Source: Leucoraja erinacea
Lineage: Eukaryota
Assembly: GCF_028641065.1 (NCBI RefSeq)
Contig: NC_073378.1
Coordinates: 97,712,001 to 97,776,000 of the forward strand
Reading direction: 5' to 3'
DNA length: 64,000 bases
A program made the translations under genes and the position numbers. The notes under the pieces are model-generated. The model was not told the origin of the DNA, searched no databases, and worked only from the letters and a program-made list of their open reading frames with translations. Each line of letters starts with the position of its first letter. The stretch's first letter is position 1. Below are positions 1 through 13,805 of this stretch, piece by piece.

Positions 1-889
1 GCTGAGAAGAGACATGGTCCTTGAGAAAGTATGTCTCGTATCAATCTTCATTGTCAACATTAAACTGTCACTGCAGGGATTTTTTTCAATTCAAATATTT
101 TGAATGTCTATTTTAAAATAATTGAGGGGGCATGTAAAATTTTAGTTAGAACAGACAGCTGTAAACGTTGGCCTTCTTTATGCAGAAAAATGTTACTGCT
201 TCGCTGTGGGACAGAATGTGCAAATAAATCTGTTAATGGCTTTTGAAAGGCTTGAGTGTATCAAGACAGTGTACAAAATTGAGTGAATTTACGATAGCTT
301 TTATCAGACATATATGGCAATCCATCAGTATGGGTTTTAGAGTTTTCTAAACCAAGCTACTGAGATATCCACACAGGTGGAATTTGGTTTCCTCTCTGTG
401 GAGTCTGCACAGTATGGAAACTGACTTAATTCCAGAAAGCTGGATGCAGATTCACAAAAACCAAACCTTGGGAATGTGCAGATATCTACAGGGGTACAGC
501 CAGATTTTAACTACTTGATACAGCACAGCTGTTGTGTCTGCTGCCCAGGCCTAAGCTAGTTCATGTAGTAAAATGTCCACCTTTCTCAGCCACTGATTCA
601 TGGAATCATTTTGCTTGCATCAACTTTCCCAAGTAAATTGATCTTTACATTGCTTACATTCTCGTCAGTTCCCAAGGATATTTACAGTTTTGTTGAAGAG
701 TTCTGGATTTGTCAATTATTGGCCATAACTATAAGTAACCTTTCATGGCCATGACTAATGGCAGGCTTGAGCCAATCAATCCGAGGATCATTTTATTGCA
801 CTGGTCTATCTGAGAATGGATTCCATAGTACTGGTGTGAAAGAAGGTGTGACTGCCGAGAACCTTGCAGTCCAAGTGAGTTATTTTTAT

Positions 890-1020
890 CATAAGATCAT
901 AAGAGATAGGAGCAGAATTAGGCCATTTGGCCCATCAAGTCTACTGCACCATTCAATCATGGCTGATCTATCTCTCCCTCCTAACCCCATTCTCCTCTCT
1001 TCTTCCCATAACCCCTGACT
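890..1020 (-). mobile_element. CR1-type LINE 3' end fragment
   Basis: ataggagcagaattaggccatttggcccatcaagtctact... motif recurring at 11650-11835 and 40890-41025. Confidence 0.7.
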
Positions 1021-1023
1021 CCC

Positions 1024-1339
1024 TTAAACCCCTGTCCCAGGGTACGAGTTTATTCCAAGAGTTCGCCCGAATTTTCCCTGATTCGAGCTCGTAGATTTAC
1101 GGTAATGGCCACTCGTCGGTACTCGGGGCTCTCGTGGACAATTTTCATCATGTTGAATAATCTTCACGAGTCTTCCCGTGCTTACCTGCCGTTAGCGAGT
1201 CTTCCCGAGTACCTGCTGTTAGCGCTAAAAGACGTCCCCGAGCTCCGACGTACCCACTACGTTCATTTTCCGTGCTTATTGCGAGTTTGTTTTCTTTTTA
1301 ACTCGGGAGAGCTCCTGGAATGAAGGGACAGGGCTTTAA
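1024..1339. mobile_element. MITE, Harbinger-like or TTAA-flanked
   Basis: ttaaacccctgtccc / gggacagggctttaa inverted ends (1 mismatch); internal ctcg/cgag-rich motifs; related fragment at about 16640-16925. Confidence 0.7.
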
Positions 1340-2489
1340 CTAATCGAGAAAATATCTATGAAAAATGCCTGAAAATTAGATCCGGGACCACCACCATATC
1401 GCACTGGTGGCGTTGCGAATGTCGTAATCAGGAAGAAATAGGTGGAACATTTAATGAACTATAAATAAAATAAAGTATTTTGTTTACAAAGCGTTTTGGG
1501 ACACTTTTGAGCACTTATCACAGATATAATTCTGAAGTATGGTATTCTGCATTTGTGAGAAAACTGGCAATCAATCAGTGGACAGCAAGATCCCAACAGC
1601 AGCTCTGTGATAAGGAACAGATTCAAGGCCAGAGATGGGACCATACCTAGACGTGCACAGTAAATTGGTCAGGGTTGTGGAGGTGGTTTTCATGCAGATA
1701 CAATATCCAATGGATCTCAGTGAAAAATGGCGCAATTGCCAGGTCTATTGATGCACCACGTTCCTCCATGGCAGGATCATATAGGTATGCAGTGTGAATG
1801 AGAACTGCTGCCGAAGTGTGGTAGAGTGCATTTAAAACATCTAATTAGAAGATGTGTATGGGGCACTGATGGGGACATACAGTATCATATAGTGTCAGCA
1901 GATGTAGACCACCATGGGCAGCAATGAAGTACCTGAGGTCCCTATCCAATAAAAGTATACATTGTTACCAATTTCCCCAATATTGGAGTGGGGAATCCAT
2001 TGTTGCTTACTGCAGCATGTTCTTCTGCAACAATGCTGTTGAGGATCCCTCTTTCACAGAGCATTCTAGAGAGCTGTTTGCCTTTGCTTTGGGCCTCCTG
2101 TCATAGTCAAGTACCCATTGTTTAAACCCATTGTTTAATTCTCATGTGTCCCAGCAGCAACTTTGGACATGTGCTGCGAGTTTGTAGTTATGATTTGTTG
2201 TACTGCTTAGCCACTCTTTTAGGTATATGGGAAGCATGTTGACAAGTGCATGAAGGATAAGCACCTCTGCTCTGCAGAATAGACCCACTCAAGACCTCAC
2301 TTTAACAACTCCCCTGAAAGATGTCACATGCATTCATTCTGTGTAACCTTCTGACCCTGATGCAAATCTATTCTCAACTGAAGCGTGGGTGACACTTACA
2401 TCAAGTTTTAATTTAGAGACTCAGTCATCTAAATGATATCTGATATAATGACCAATGTCTGGTAAATATATTCTTTCAACAATCAGAGG

Positions 2490-2802
2490 TCACGGTGGCG
2501 CAGCAGTAGAGTTGCTGCGTTACAGCGAATGCAGCACCGGAGACCTGGGTTCTATCCTGACTACGGGTGCTGTCTGTACGGAGTTTGTACGTTCTCCTCG
2601 TGACCTGCGTGGGTTTTCTCCGAGATCTTCTGTTTCCTCCCACGCACCAAAGACGTACAGGTTAATATGCTTGGTAAATGGAAAAATTGTCCCTAGTGGG
2701 TGTAGGATAGTGTTAATGGACGGGGATCGCTGGTCGGCCCGGACCTGGTGAGCCGAAGGGCCTGTTTCCGTGCTGTATCTTTAAACTAAAACTAAACTAA
2801 AC
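2490..2802 (+). mobile_element. tRNA-derived V-SINE (HE1-like)
   Basis: Head ggtggcgcagc...gggttctatcc, V-domain gagtttgtacgttctc...gggttttctcc, CR1-like tail ending (aaact)n. Confidence 0.85.
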
Positions 2803-4507
2803 AGGAGCAAAATCAACTATTCCAGTTCATATAACTATCCAATCTGTCTATTCTTTGGGTATTTTCTTTTGGCAAATTTAATATTTTGATCTAATTTTCC
2901 ATACCAAGCAATCCAATGTGGATATAGGATTAGAAACACATTTGCTTGACGTAAACCTAGTGTTTCTGAGGGTATTTTTTTATTTTAAATTGTGCAGTGG
3001 CATTTCAATACCCCAAACTTGTGTGGAAAAGTGACATGTTTAGATTCAATGAAAGTAAGAGTACAATCCTCAGTAAATCAAGTTCTGAGAAACTTCGAAA
3101 GAACGATTAACCATAAACCATTAACCTAAATCATTGTTATTCAAAAGTTAGATAACAGATCTAAGTGAGGGAACACTGGGTCAGTTTGTTCCATTCCTTA
3201 GATCCATACTACAACCACTGTATTCAGAATTATAAACAAACTTTAAACTTTTACTTGTTGAAATTCACATTATCTTTTAAAGCTTGGGTAAAATTAAATT
3301 TCATTATCTTCTCCTATCTAATAATCCAAGCCTGCATTCACTAAGCCATGGTTCTTGCAGACTATTTTCCTTTATATTTATTCAAAACACACCGAAACTG
3401 GGCAAAAACTAATTCTGACTTTTCAAAAAACTAATTCTGACTTTTCAAAAAAACTTGCAGAATTTCTGCCGTTACATATTAAGATCCAAAAATGTTAATG
3501 TCTCTATCTTTTAGAACCATCAAGTAAACATTAAATAGGAATAAGATCAGAGGTGGTGTGAACAAGTACGTAACATTTGAATTGAAATTTCAAACACAGC
3601 AGGAAAGGATTTTTTTTTATTATTTTAGCATTCTTTCAATTATACTGGTAAACATCTTTTGTACCCGTTCCAAAGCCTCCACATCCTTCCTGTGATGAAG
3701 TGACCAGAACCTATTTTATTTATTTTATTAAATGCAAAATTCTGATCTACACGTCAAAATATTTGTTTTAACAAGTTGTTGAGCATTTATGGTGGGAACA
3801 ATTCTCTCAACTATTCATCTGCCTTGGCAGATTTACCTTCCATCTGTTTGATAATGGTGATATTATTGATATTGAAATCAGCAGAAATTATTACCATTGG
3901 GATGCTGGTTACTGGAGGAAAGATGTTTAGGATGACTTGTTCTTTTGAGATATTCCCCTGTTTGCTTTCACCACAGGTCATGCAGGATCCACTGTTAGCT
4001 CTTGGTGAGGTAGGCAGTGTTTGGGTAGGCAGCTGGCTAGGTGGCTTGGGATCTGGTGTACTACTGTCTGTGTTGACCTCCCAGTGCTCTTGTCACAGAA
4101 ACACAAGTTGCTGGGTACCAAGCCCGTGTGTCCCTGGAGAGGGGGCATGCCATGTTCACGGGGACTTTGCAGGCTTTCTGTGAACACAGGTCACCGCGGA
4201 AGCTTGAGTACATCGTGGATATGACTGACAATATTATAATGTGATGGCCGATGTTTGCAAACTGCATGAAGAGCAGTTTTGATTAATGCAGTAATTTGTA
4301 AACTGCAAATTTATAACAAATGGCCATCGTTAAGGTAAAATTAAAGGTGTTGGTTGAGTCCTTCGAGTTTAAGGGGTCATACTGAGCAGTTGCCGAACAA
4401 GAATTCTATTGAAGATGGTAAATTATTTCAAGGGGACTTCGAGGACATCCTCAGTGTGTTTTTTGGTCTTGGAAATATCTTGGCACAATGGAGTTCACTT
4501 TGGGTTA

Positions 4508-5615
4508 AACATAGAAACATAGAAAATAGGTGCAGGAGTAGGCCATTCGGCCCTTCGAGCCTGCACTGCCATTCAATATGATCATGGGTGATCATCCAAC
4601 TCAGTATCATGTTCCTGCTTTCTCTCCATAGCCACAAGGGCCACATCTAACTCTCTCTTAAATATAGCCAATGAACTGGCCTCAACTACATTCTGTGGCA
4701 GAGAATTCCAGAGATTCACCACTCTCTGTGTAAACATGTTTTTCTCATCTCAGTCCTAAAAGATTTGCCTTTTATCCTTAAACTGTGACCCCTTGTTCTG
4801 GACATCCCCAACATCGGGAACAATCTTCCTGCATCTAGCCTGTCCAGCCCCTTAAGAATTTTGTAAGTTTCTATAAGATCCCCCCTCAATCTTCTAAATT
4901 CTAGCGGGTACAAGCCGAGTCTATCCAGTCTTGACATCCCAGGATTCAGTCTGTTGAACCTTCTCTGTACTCCCTCTATGGCAAGAATGTCCTTCCTCAG
5001 ATTAGGAGACCAAAACTGTACGCAATACTCCAGGTGTGGTCTCACCAAGACCCTGTACAACTGCAGTAGAACCTCCCTGCTCCTATACTCAAATTCTTTT
5101 GCTATGAATGCTAACATACCATTCGCTTTCTTCACTGCCTGCTGCACCTGCATGCCTACTTTCAATGACTGGTGTACCATGACACCCAGGTTTCGTTGCA
5201 TCTCCCTTTTTCCTAATCGGCCAAAATTCAGGTAATAGTCTACTTTCCTGTTTTTGCCACCAAAGTGGATAACCTCACATTTATTCACATTATACTGCAT
5301 CTGCCATGCATTTACCCACTCACCCAGCCAATCCAAGTCATCTTGCAGCCTCCTAGCATCCTCCTCACAGCTAACACTGCCCCCCAGCTTCGTGTCATCC
5401 GCAAACGTGGAGATCTTGCGTTACCCCACTAGTCACTGCCTGCCATTCTGAAAAGGACCCGTTAACTCCTACTCTTTGCTTCCTGCCTGTCAGCCAGTTC
5501 TCTATCCACATCAATACTGAACCCCCAATACCGTGTGCTTTAAGTTTGTATACTAATCTCTTATGTGGGACCTTGTCGAAAGCCTTCTGAAAGTCCAGAC
5601 ATACCACATCCACAT
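4508..5615 (-). mobile_element. 5'-truncated CR1 LINE (RT C-terminus plus 3' UTR) with internal deletions
   Basis: [58 protein letters not shown]; (tttctatg)n tail. Confidence 0.95.
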
Positions 5616-6800
5616 CCACAAAGCTGAACAATCTCTCCACACTTTCCCCGTAAATGGAGATTGGGGCGTATTCTCCATTATGGGACCTCCTGAAGTCAAT
5701 AATCAGCTCCTTGGTCTTGGAGGTGTTTAGTGACAAGTTGTTACGTGCGCACCAGTCCGCCAGGTTCTGCACCTCCGCTCTGTATTTTGTTTCATCCCCG
5801 TTGGTGATCAGCCCAATCACTGTTGTGACGTCTGCAAACTTCAAGATGGTGTTGATGTCGAATACAGGAACACAGTCGTGAGTGAAGAGGGAGTAGAGCA
5901 TGGGGCTTAGTACACAGCCCTGTGGTGTGCCAGTGCTCAGGGTGATAGTGGAGGACAGGTGCGGGCCCAGTCTCACTGCCTGCGGTCGCTCCGTCAGAAA
6001 ATTCAGGATCCAATCGCATTCGGCGAGCTGAGGCCTAGCTGGTGGAGTTTGGTGGTGAGCTTGCTGGGGATGACTGTATTGAATGCAGAGCTATAGTCAA
6101 TGAAGAGCATCCTCACGTACGTGCCCTGTCCAGGTGAGTCAGGACAGTGTGAAGAGCCAGAGAGATGGCATCCTCTGTTGATCTATTTGCTCTGTATGCA
6201 AATTGATAAGAGTCCAGTGAGGCAGGGATGCTGGATTTGATATGGGAGAGGACCAGCCTTTCAAAGCACTTAATTGGGATTGGAGTTAGGGCAACCGGGC
6301 GGTAGTCGTTCAGGTTGGTGACTTTAGACTTTTTCGGCACCGGCACTATGGTGGCTGTTTTCAGGCACTTGGGGACCGTTGCCAGAGATGGAGACAGATT
6401 GAAGATTCTCGTGAATACCTCCGCCAGCTGTACAGCACAGTCCTTTAGTACCTTTCCCTGGACTCCATCCGGGCCTGCAGCCTTGCGTGGATTGATCCTA
6501 CACAGAGCGCCCTGTACCTCCTGAGTACTCAGTGTTAAGACCTGTCCCTCCGCCATGGCCGGGGTTATTCCACACCTGGTGCTGTTGCCAGTTTCGAAGC
6601 GGGCAAAGAAGGTGTTTAGTTCATTGGCCAGTGTGATATCACTGTGGGGGCAGGCAGGGCTGCTCTTGTAGTCAGTGATGTCCCTGACACCCTGCCACAT
6701 GCTTCTGGTGTCCGCGGTATTGAAGTGGTCTTCCACCCTTTGCCTGTGGATGTCTTTGGCCGTTGTTCAGGTTCGACCTGGCCGCACTGTAGGCAGAAGT
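5616..6800 (-). mobile_element. Rex1/Babar-type LINE RT fragment abutting the CR1
   Basis: [70 protein letters not shown]; frameshifted. Confidence 0.9.
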
Positions 6801-7342
6801 GTATGTAGATTGTAGTCCTTTGATAACTGCCTCAATTGCAACCTGTCATTCATAACAAATAATTAGTCACTTGAGTGAAAAGTCTTCTTCAGGTATCTCT
6901 TTGGGGCACTACAGAAATTAGGGATAAATAAATTTGATAGTGACATTGGAGAACAAGGCAAATGGAAAACATTGAAATCGAGGAATGAGTAATGTCAAAT
7001 ATAAGCTCAAGTGTCATGTAATTAATTTGTAAAAGGAATAATAACCAAGATGATCAAAGTGAGGGTATTAGTCTGCAACAATGGTTGGCACTGATTATAA
7101 TTAATGAAGTTTGTAATTAGAATTAATGGCGTATGAGTAAGTTTGTTGAATGTGTTGGAAAAGCAAAGGTGCAGGGATCGCAGATGAAATGTTATTTAAA
7201 ATATCTGACTATTGGGATCAACAAGCTATGAATTTACATTTGTTCAATTGCTGAAAGGTAATTGTTTACCTCAGAGTTCAAATTCTTTGCAACTCTTTTT
7301 TAATGCCAATGATTTGTTAACAATCATAATTTTTTTTTGTAG

Positions 7343-7447
7343 AGCACGGACAAAATTCACGAATCTGTGAAGCAAGGAGCCTCAATCATCGAATCATTGA
7401 TAAAACAACGAAGCCCTGCACTCATTGGACAGCTCCTTGTGGTATGA
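7343..7447 (+). CDS. CRPPA: Last coding exon of CDP-L-ribitol pyrophosphorylase A (ISPD); earlier exons not found in the window
   Basis: Acceptor ttttttttgtag then phase-0 STDKIHESVKQGASIIESLIKQRSPALIGQLLVV-TGA (34 aa). Aligns without gaps to the human ISPD C-terminus as I recall it ([34 protein letters not shown]). Confidence 0.9.
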   Translation, partial: STDKIHESVKQGASIIESLIKQRSPALIGQLLVV

Positions 7448-9249
7448 AAGCAGTCATTAACCCAAAGTCATGGATGTTGTGACATCTGAAGGAACATACT
7501 GCCCTCTGATGATGACAATGTAAAGCTGCAGATATCCTCCGTCAAGTGTTATCAAGAGATGACCAGGGCCAGCTTTGAAATAGAATGAAATCAGTGTGAA
7601 AATTACAAAAATCAACAAAACCGGATCAACAATTGTAATTTTGTATATTGTTCTTAAATAACCCTTAAATAATCGTTATTGGTGCTCAATCTAAGAATCA
7701 GTTATGATACTGTTCATCCTTTCCCAATATTTGCTTATTTTGACGTAGGAAGCCATTCTACCTAGAGCTCATGCAATCTCTCAACATTGTTTCTCATTAG
7801 TAATATGTCTTAATCAATAATAACTATAATTAATTAACAATATTAATATTACTGCTATTAGTAATAATGTCAATTATTAATTATAATTAATTAACAAAAC
7901 AATAATGATGAATTATTCCCTTATTAGTAATAGTTTATTATTCCATTGATTTCTTGTTCATTGTTTCTTTGCATATCAGTATCAAAACAGACAAGAGTGC
8001 TTGCTCTATATCTGCCTGGTGAAAGAGCAAAGAAGAGCTATGGAGAATATTTAGTCAAGACTGGAGAAACAAATAAGGGAAGGAACAAGGTTTAAGAAAC
8101 AGGTCAACACAGTGAGTAGAAAACAATGGTGGAGTAGGGAGGAATGGGGCAGATGTTCAACGAACAATAACATCCAAACAAGACAGCTATTGATTCTCAA
8201 TTGAGAACCAAAAATGGGCCATTGTGAACATGGATCTGGATGATTGTTCCGAAGAATGACAATCTATGTAAGAATTAAGCTTTCTGGGAAGTCGATTTTA
8301 GTAATTGTGGAAAGAAACTTTCCCAATTTTTTTGGATTTTATTGTATCCTATTTTATTGCCTCCTTTTAAAAAAAGTTAACACAAAATTCTTAGATATTC
8401 ACAAGAATTTGCTTGGATGCGTTTATGAGGGCAGTGTATTTGAAGACTGGGTGGGGAAGGGGGAGGAATTGGTGGAAGGGCGCAACAGACAGCAACAGAT
8501 AGCAACAGGATCGAGACAGAAGAGGCAAAATTAGGGTAAGTCTTGAATGGTACTGGAAGATGTAAAGACTGGAAACAGAGAAAAGTCTCGGATTTAAATG
8601 GGGCAGAGATGAAGAAAAAGATCTGGAATCAACTTAATTAATAGCTCAACTCTACTTGCAATGTCATTTGAATTTTAGAAACCTTTAGAGGTTTCGATGT
8701 GGCATATCTTTGATTTTTGAATATCCTTGCAGCAAAAAGATCAAAGAGAATAGCATTAATTAAATCCTTATATTTTACATAATTATATTCTATTACAAAC
8801 TAAGTACGTACAGCAATACCTGTTGAATAAAATTCCTTCTTTTTTCTAGCATCCTTCTGCTAATATCTTTCATTAATGTCAGCTTGAAAAATTGGCAAAG
8901 CTGATGGTTGGAAAAATTAAAGCTCAACACTGTTTTCCACTTATCCCATTAAGACTCAAATCAAAGCTCAGCAGACCAAAGACCAATCCAAAATATATGG
9001 TCTATGACAATAGGAAGTTCAACTGCAGCTGAAGTGAGGCACCTGGTGGTTATAGGTTGAACTACAGGTATACCCAACACTCCAACCAGTTTATGCTGCG
9101 ATCTATGTGTAGTGGTAACATTCCAGCCTCACAAAGGTTGCCTGTACAATTCCAAAAAACCATGCAGACCATTGACCAACTAGTTAGAAGATTGACGTCC
9201 ACTGGTGATGTCAACATCTGTTCAGTAAAGATGCTCAATCCCATGATTT

Positions 9250-9560
9250 TTAGTTTAGTTCAAAGGTACAGAGCGGAAACAAGCCCTTCGGCACACCAAG
9301 TCCATGCTGGCCAGTGATCCCCGCACATTTACACCATCCTACATGCACTAGGGACAAGTTACAATTTTACCGAGCCAATTAACCTCCAAACCTGGAGGTC
9401 TTTGGAATGTGGGAGGAAACTGGAGATCCTAGAGAAAACCCACGCAGGTCATGGGGAGAATGTACAAACTCCGTACAGACAGCATCCATAGTCAGGATCA
9501 AACTATGGTGTCTCTGGCACTGTAAGGCGGCATCTCTACCACTGCTCCACCATGCCACCC
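9250..9560 (-). mobile_element. V-SINE copy
   Basis: Reverse-complement similarity to 2490-2802. Confidence 0.8.
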
Positions 9561-9964
9561 ATCTCTTTAACCCTATCTGCAGCTCACTCTGTGCAAGACA
9601 CTTCAAATTAAAATGATGAGGAAGTCAAAAGGAAACTCCCTTATCCCGTCTACCTTCAGATCTGGCACAACACTATGAGGACTGAGACTTGAACTAAGCA
9701 CTGTGCTGTGACTGAGCATAATAGACCATGGTGATGTGATTTGGAGAAATGGCGGGTGAAAGAAGGTGGCCACAAGTTTTCCTCCTTATTGATCTAAATA
9801 ATGTATTTCATTCAATCATCTCTGGCCTAGCAGACACGTACTCATTACTAATCTCATTCTTAATGTTTTGTGTGAATGCATTTGACTTTATCCAGAGACC
9901 ATATGGAAACACCTTGCTGAGTCCTGACGCACAAATACGTAATATTCGGCCACAGGCCTCATTT

Positions 9965-10660
9965 CAAGGTTTCATTGTGAGTTTATTGTCACATGTACAA
10001 TTAAGGTACAGTGAAATTCAGATTGCCATACAGTCATACCAATAAGAAGAACAAGACACCCAAATACATTTTTAACAAGAACATCCACCACAGCGCCACC
10101 CCTACATTCCTCACCGTGATGGAAGGCAAAAAATGTTCAGTCTTCTTCCCTCTTTGTTCTCCCGCAGTCGGGGCACTCAAACCTTCCGTTGTCGAGGTGA
10201 TCTTGGCACCCGCAGCCGCCGGTCAGGGCAATCAAGCTCACGCATTGTGGGGGGATCTCAGTTCCCCGCGCCGGCCGATCGGACTAGCTAGTCGGGGCTT
10301 GTCGAACCTCCTGCGGCTTGGAGCTTCTTAACATCAGTCTCTACCCGAGACTGCGAACTCCTCGATGTTGAAATCAGCAGGCTGCGGTTGGAGCGTCTAT
10401 CTCAGGCTCCGATGGTAAATCCACGGCCCCGTGGTGGGGCTCAATGTCAGTCTCAAGCAAGGCCGCCAGCTCCATGATGTTAGGCCGCAGAGCGACCAGA
10501 GATACGATTCTGAAAAAAATTGCGTCTCCAGCAAGGCAAGAGATTAAAAGAAAGTTCCCCCGACCCCCCCCCCCCATACTTTTTCAAACACACAAATTAA
10601 AAAAAAAAGATGAAAAGACTAGGCGAGGCTGCCATTGCTGACGGCGTCACTGAGCCATAA
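9965..10660 (-). mobile_element. GC-rich non-autonomous retroelement with Rex/RTE-like 3' tail
   Basis: Tail tttattgtcacatgtac...acagtgaaatt; body related to 51695-52430. Confidence 0.55.
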
Positions 10661-12109
10661 CGCTTGCTGAACATTCTATGCAGCTGCCAACATTAAATTT
10701 AATTCAACTACATCACCAGCAGACGTTGGGGATGAATATTCAGATTCAGGTTAATTAATTATATTCACCATGGTGTAATAACATTCCTTGAAATTAGGTA
10801 GGGAAATGACATATTGTATGCAATTCTGGTCTCCCCATGTTCGAATAATGGCAATGCTTTAAAAAGAATGGCTGAAGTTTATTGTTTTTTGGAGAGGTTT
10901 ATACTCTTGAGTTAAAAAGAATAAGATGTGATCTCATTAAAATAAACAAAATTCTTACGAATCATTACAGGAGAGATGTAGGGATGATGTTTCTCCTGGT
11001 TTAGGTGTTTATAACCAAGTCAAAGCAAGGCAGCAGCTATTTAGGATTGAGATGGGAAGACCATTTTAGACATGGAGGGTAGAGAATCTTTGAACCTTTT
11101 ATCCGAGAGAACTGTGGTTGATTAGTCATGGAAAGATTTTTGGTATCAAGGGATTATGGGATTAGTGTGGAAAAAAGGCAAAAGATCTGCTTTTAAATTT
11201 GATGAAAGACTTTGGAGTTTGGTTTGAATAGGATTTGCAGCAGCTCCAGGAGCTGAGTGAGTGGCTCCTGTAAATCGATCAGCTGGTTTATAGGATTTAC
11301 TTCACAATATCAACACTTGTCTTCAACTGTTTTGGCTCTTTTATATTTCCAACCATTTAATTTCAGTTTTTGAACATTTGCATTTGATTTTCTTTTGGTT
11401 TTGTCCCAACAGTACACTTTATTAGTTGGTTAAAATCCAGTGCTGTAAAATCTGACTGCATCGACCATCATTTCTGTTCTAAAACACAAATAGTGATAGG
11501 TGCCTGGCGCACTGGTGGAAGCAGATACGAAAGTAGCATTTAAGAGGTTTTAGATAGCCCAGAGCCAAGTCAAGACTTGAATCTTGTAGCAGACACAACA
11601 GTAGCAGTTAAGAGGCTTTTAGATAGACACGTGAATATACAAGTTTGGATGGCTGTGGAGGTCGTCAATGGATATTTTTAAGGCAGAGATAGATAGATTA
11701 TTGATTAGTACGGGTGTCAAAGAGTTATGGGGAGAAGGCAGGAGAATGGGGTGAGGAGGATCAGCCGTGATTGAATGGCGGAGTAGACTTTGTGGGTCGA
11801 ATGGCCTAATTCTGCTCCTTTCACTTATGATCATAACATTAACAAATTGAACTAACTAAGCTTTATCTTGTGCACACTGACAGTCCCATGCACTGGTTCC
11901 ATCTGCCTGTCACCCACACACACACTACATCACGTGTACTATCCTCTCCCTCTACTGGTTCCATCTGCCCATCAACCCTTCTTTACTGGGATCCACCTAT
12001 TGCTAGCCAGCTTCTACCTCACCCCTACCCCTCACATTCAGCCCTGATGCAGGGTCTCAACCCGAAAAGTCGAACATCCATCAGCCTCCACAAATGCTGC
12101 CTGACCCAC

Positions 12110-12410
12110 TGAGTTTAGTTGAGTTTAGAGATACAGCATGGAAACAAGCCCTTCGGCCCACCGAGTCTGCACTGACCAGCGGTCCCTGAACATTAACACT
12201 ACTCTACACACACTCGACCCTTTTACTTTTTACATCGTCAATTAACCTACACACCTGGATGTCTTTGGAGTGTGGGAGGAAACCGAAGATCTTGGAGAAA
12301 ACCCATGCAGTTCACGGGGACAATAGGCAAACTCCATACACACAGCGCCCTTAGTCAGGATCTAACCCGGGTCTCTGGCACTTTAAGGCAGTAGCTCTAC
12401 CTCTACTCCA
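12110..12410 (-). mobile_element. V-SINE copy
   Basis: Similarity to 2490-2802. Confidence 0.8.
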
Positions 12411-12934
12411 GCAACTTACTTCTTTGTTCCAGTTCCAGTTCCAGTTCCAGCAACTGGGGTCTTTTGTGCCTCCGGAACATATTTTCCTGATCAAAATCCA
12501 CGTCAAAAAGATTTGAATAGATTCCAGAGCCATGTGTGTCTTTACCACCACCTGCCGGATTTAATGATGCTGCTCATTCTCAAAAACAGAGTAGAACGGG
12601 GCAATTAAAGCAATAGAAAATCTATTATTAGCTTTTATGTGGTGCTGGCATGGGAAACATGCTACTGACAGTGCAGATTAATAAATAAAATACAATTATT
12701 CAAATTATTAAGCTACCTCCATTATAATAATTGCTCTGGATTTGAAAGGGGGAAAAAAAGCTCAGTATTAAAGCCAAAAAGGACACAAAGTGCTGGAGTA
12801 ACTCAGCGAGTCAGGCAGTATCTCCAGAGGGCATTGAGGTTGTGACCCTTTTTAATTTGCCATTTGAATGTGATTTTTCACAATCTGTCAGATCATGTTA
12901 TCATTGATATATAATTATCTCTCAGTATAAACAT

Positions 12935-12940
12935 TTTATT
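12935..12940 (-). promoter_or_regulatory. Candidate polyadenylation signal AATAAA of the unidentified minus-strand gene
   Basis: tttatt on + strand, about 190 nt past the predicted stop codon. Confidence 0.55.
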
Positions 12941-13132
12941 CAGTAAGATAACAGACGAGTTCAATTTAACAACTGGGAATGGTGTGAAGTGCAGTAAAAA
13001 CACAGACACGATCTCCAGTCAGTACAGGGTATTCGTTGAGCTGTTCTTGGTGTAGAGCTCAATTGTCCTCAGCTTCCCTTCTGTCATTGGAACATCCACT
13101 GGAACAAATGTGCATGTTAAATGAATTCAAGA

Positions 13133-13177
13133 TCACAGGAAAGGTTGTTGGTACAAATTCCACCAGAAAAGTTCCAC
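13133..13177 (-). CDS. Unidentified gene, terminal coding exon (VELFWWNLYQQPFL*)
   Basis: Acceptor ttttttctagtag, 14 codons plus TGA, AATAAA about 190 nt downstream. Joins phase 0 to the 24723-24812 exon to give ...VVFEDGSVELFWW... Confidence 0.7.
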   Translation of the reverse strand: MELFWWNLYQQPFL

Positions 13178-13529
13178 CTACTAGAAAAAAATAACCTTTC
13201 AGTGCCTTTGATATGATAACCTTTTGAGAAAAAAATGATTCTAATGCATCTTCAAAGGGAAATGGACAGTTAGAAATTATCACAGTGGAAGGAAACTGTT
13301 CAGAGGTGAATGTGTATTTATTTTCCTGAAGGTTTGACTGTGTGTGTGGGGCCCAATCACGGATAGTTGAAACTTCAACTGTGCAGTAAAATGACTGATG
13401 CTAAAACAAAATAATGAAAGTGAAATAATGAAAGTGAAAATCAAAAAAGGTTTTCAATGTAGATTAATTCTGGGCTTAATAACACATATATCCATTATAT
13501 CTTATTCCTTTATATATGTAATACTCTAG

Positions 13530-13805
13530 ACTTTGGAGATACAGCACAGAAACAGGACCCTTGGCCCACCAAGTCCGCGCACACCAGCGAGCACCCCACA
13601 CTGTTCTACACACATTAGAGATAACTTACAGAAACCAATTAACCTGCAAATCTGTACTTCTGTGGAGAATTAAAGAAAACGGGAACACCCAGCAAAAACA
13701 CATGTGGAGAATGTACAAACTGCGTACAAACAGCACCCGTCGTCAGGATCGAACTCAGCTTTTCTGGAGCTGTGGCATAAACTCACCATTGCACCACTGT
13801 GCCTT
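13530..13805 (-). mobile_element. V-SINE copy, degenerate
   Basis: Similarity to 2490-2802. Confidence 0.7.

Noticed and set aside
2490-2560. tRNA genes
   Set aside because: The A/B-box-like heads belong to SINEs; no complete cloverleaf seen.
4191-4302. Minus-strand terminal-exon-like stretch LQITALIKTALHAVCKHRPSHYNIVSHIHDVLKLPR*
   Set aside because: Antisense within the CRPPA intron, no phase-compatible partner exon and no recognisable homology.
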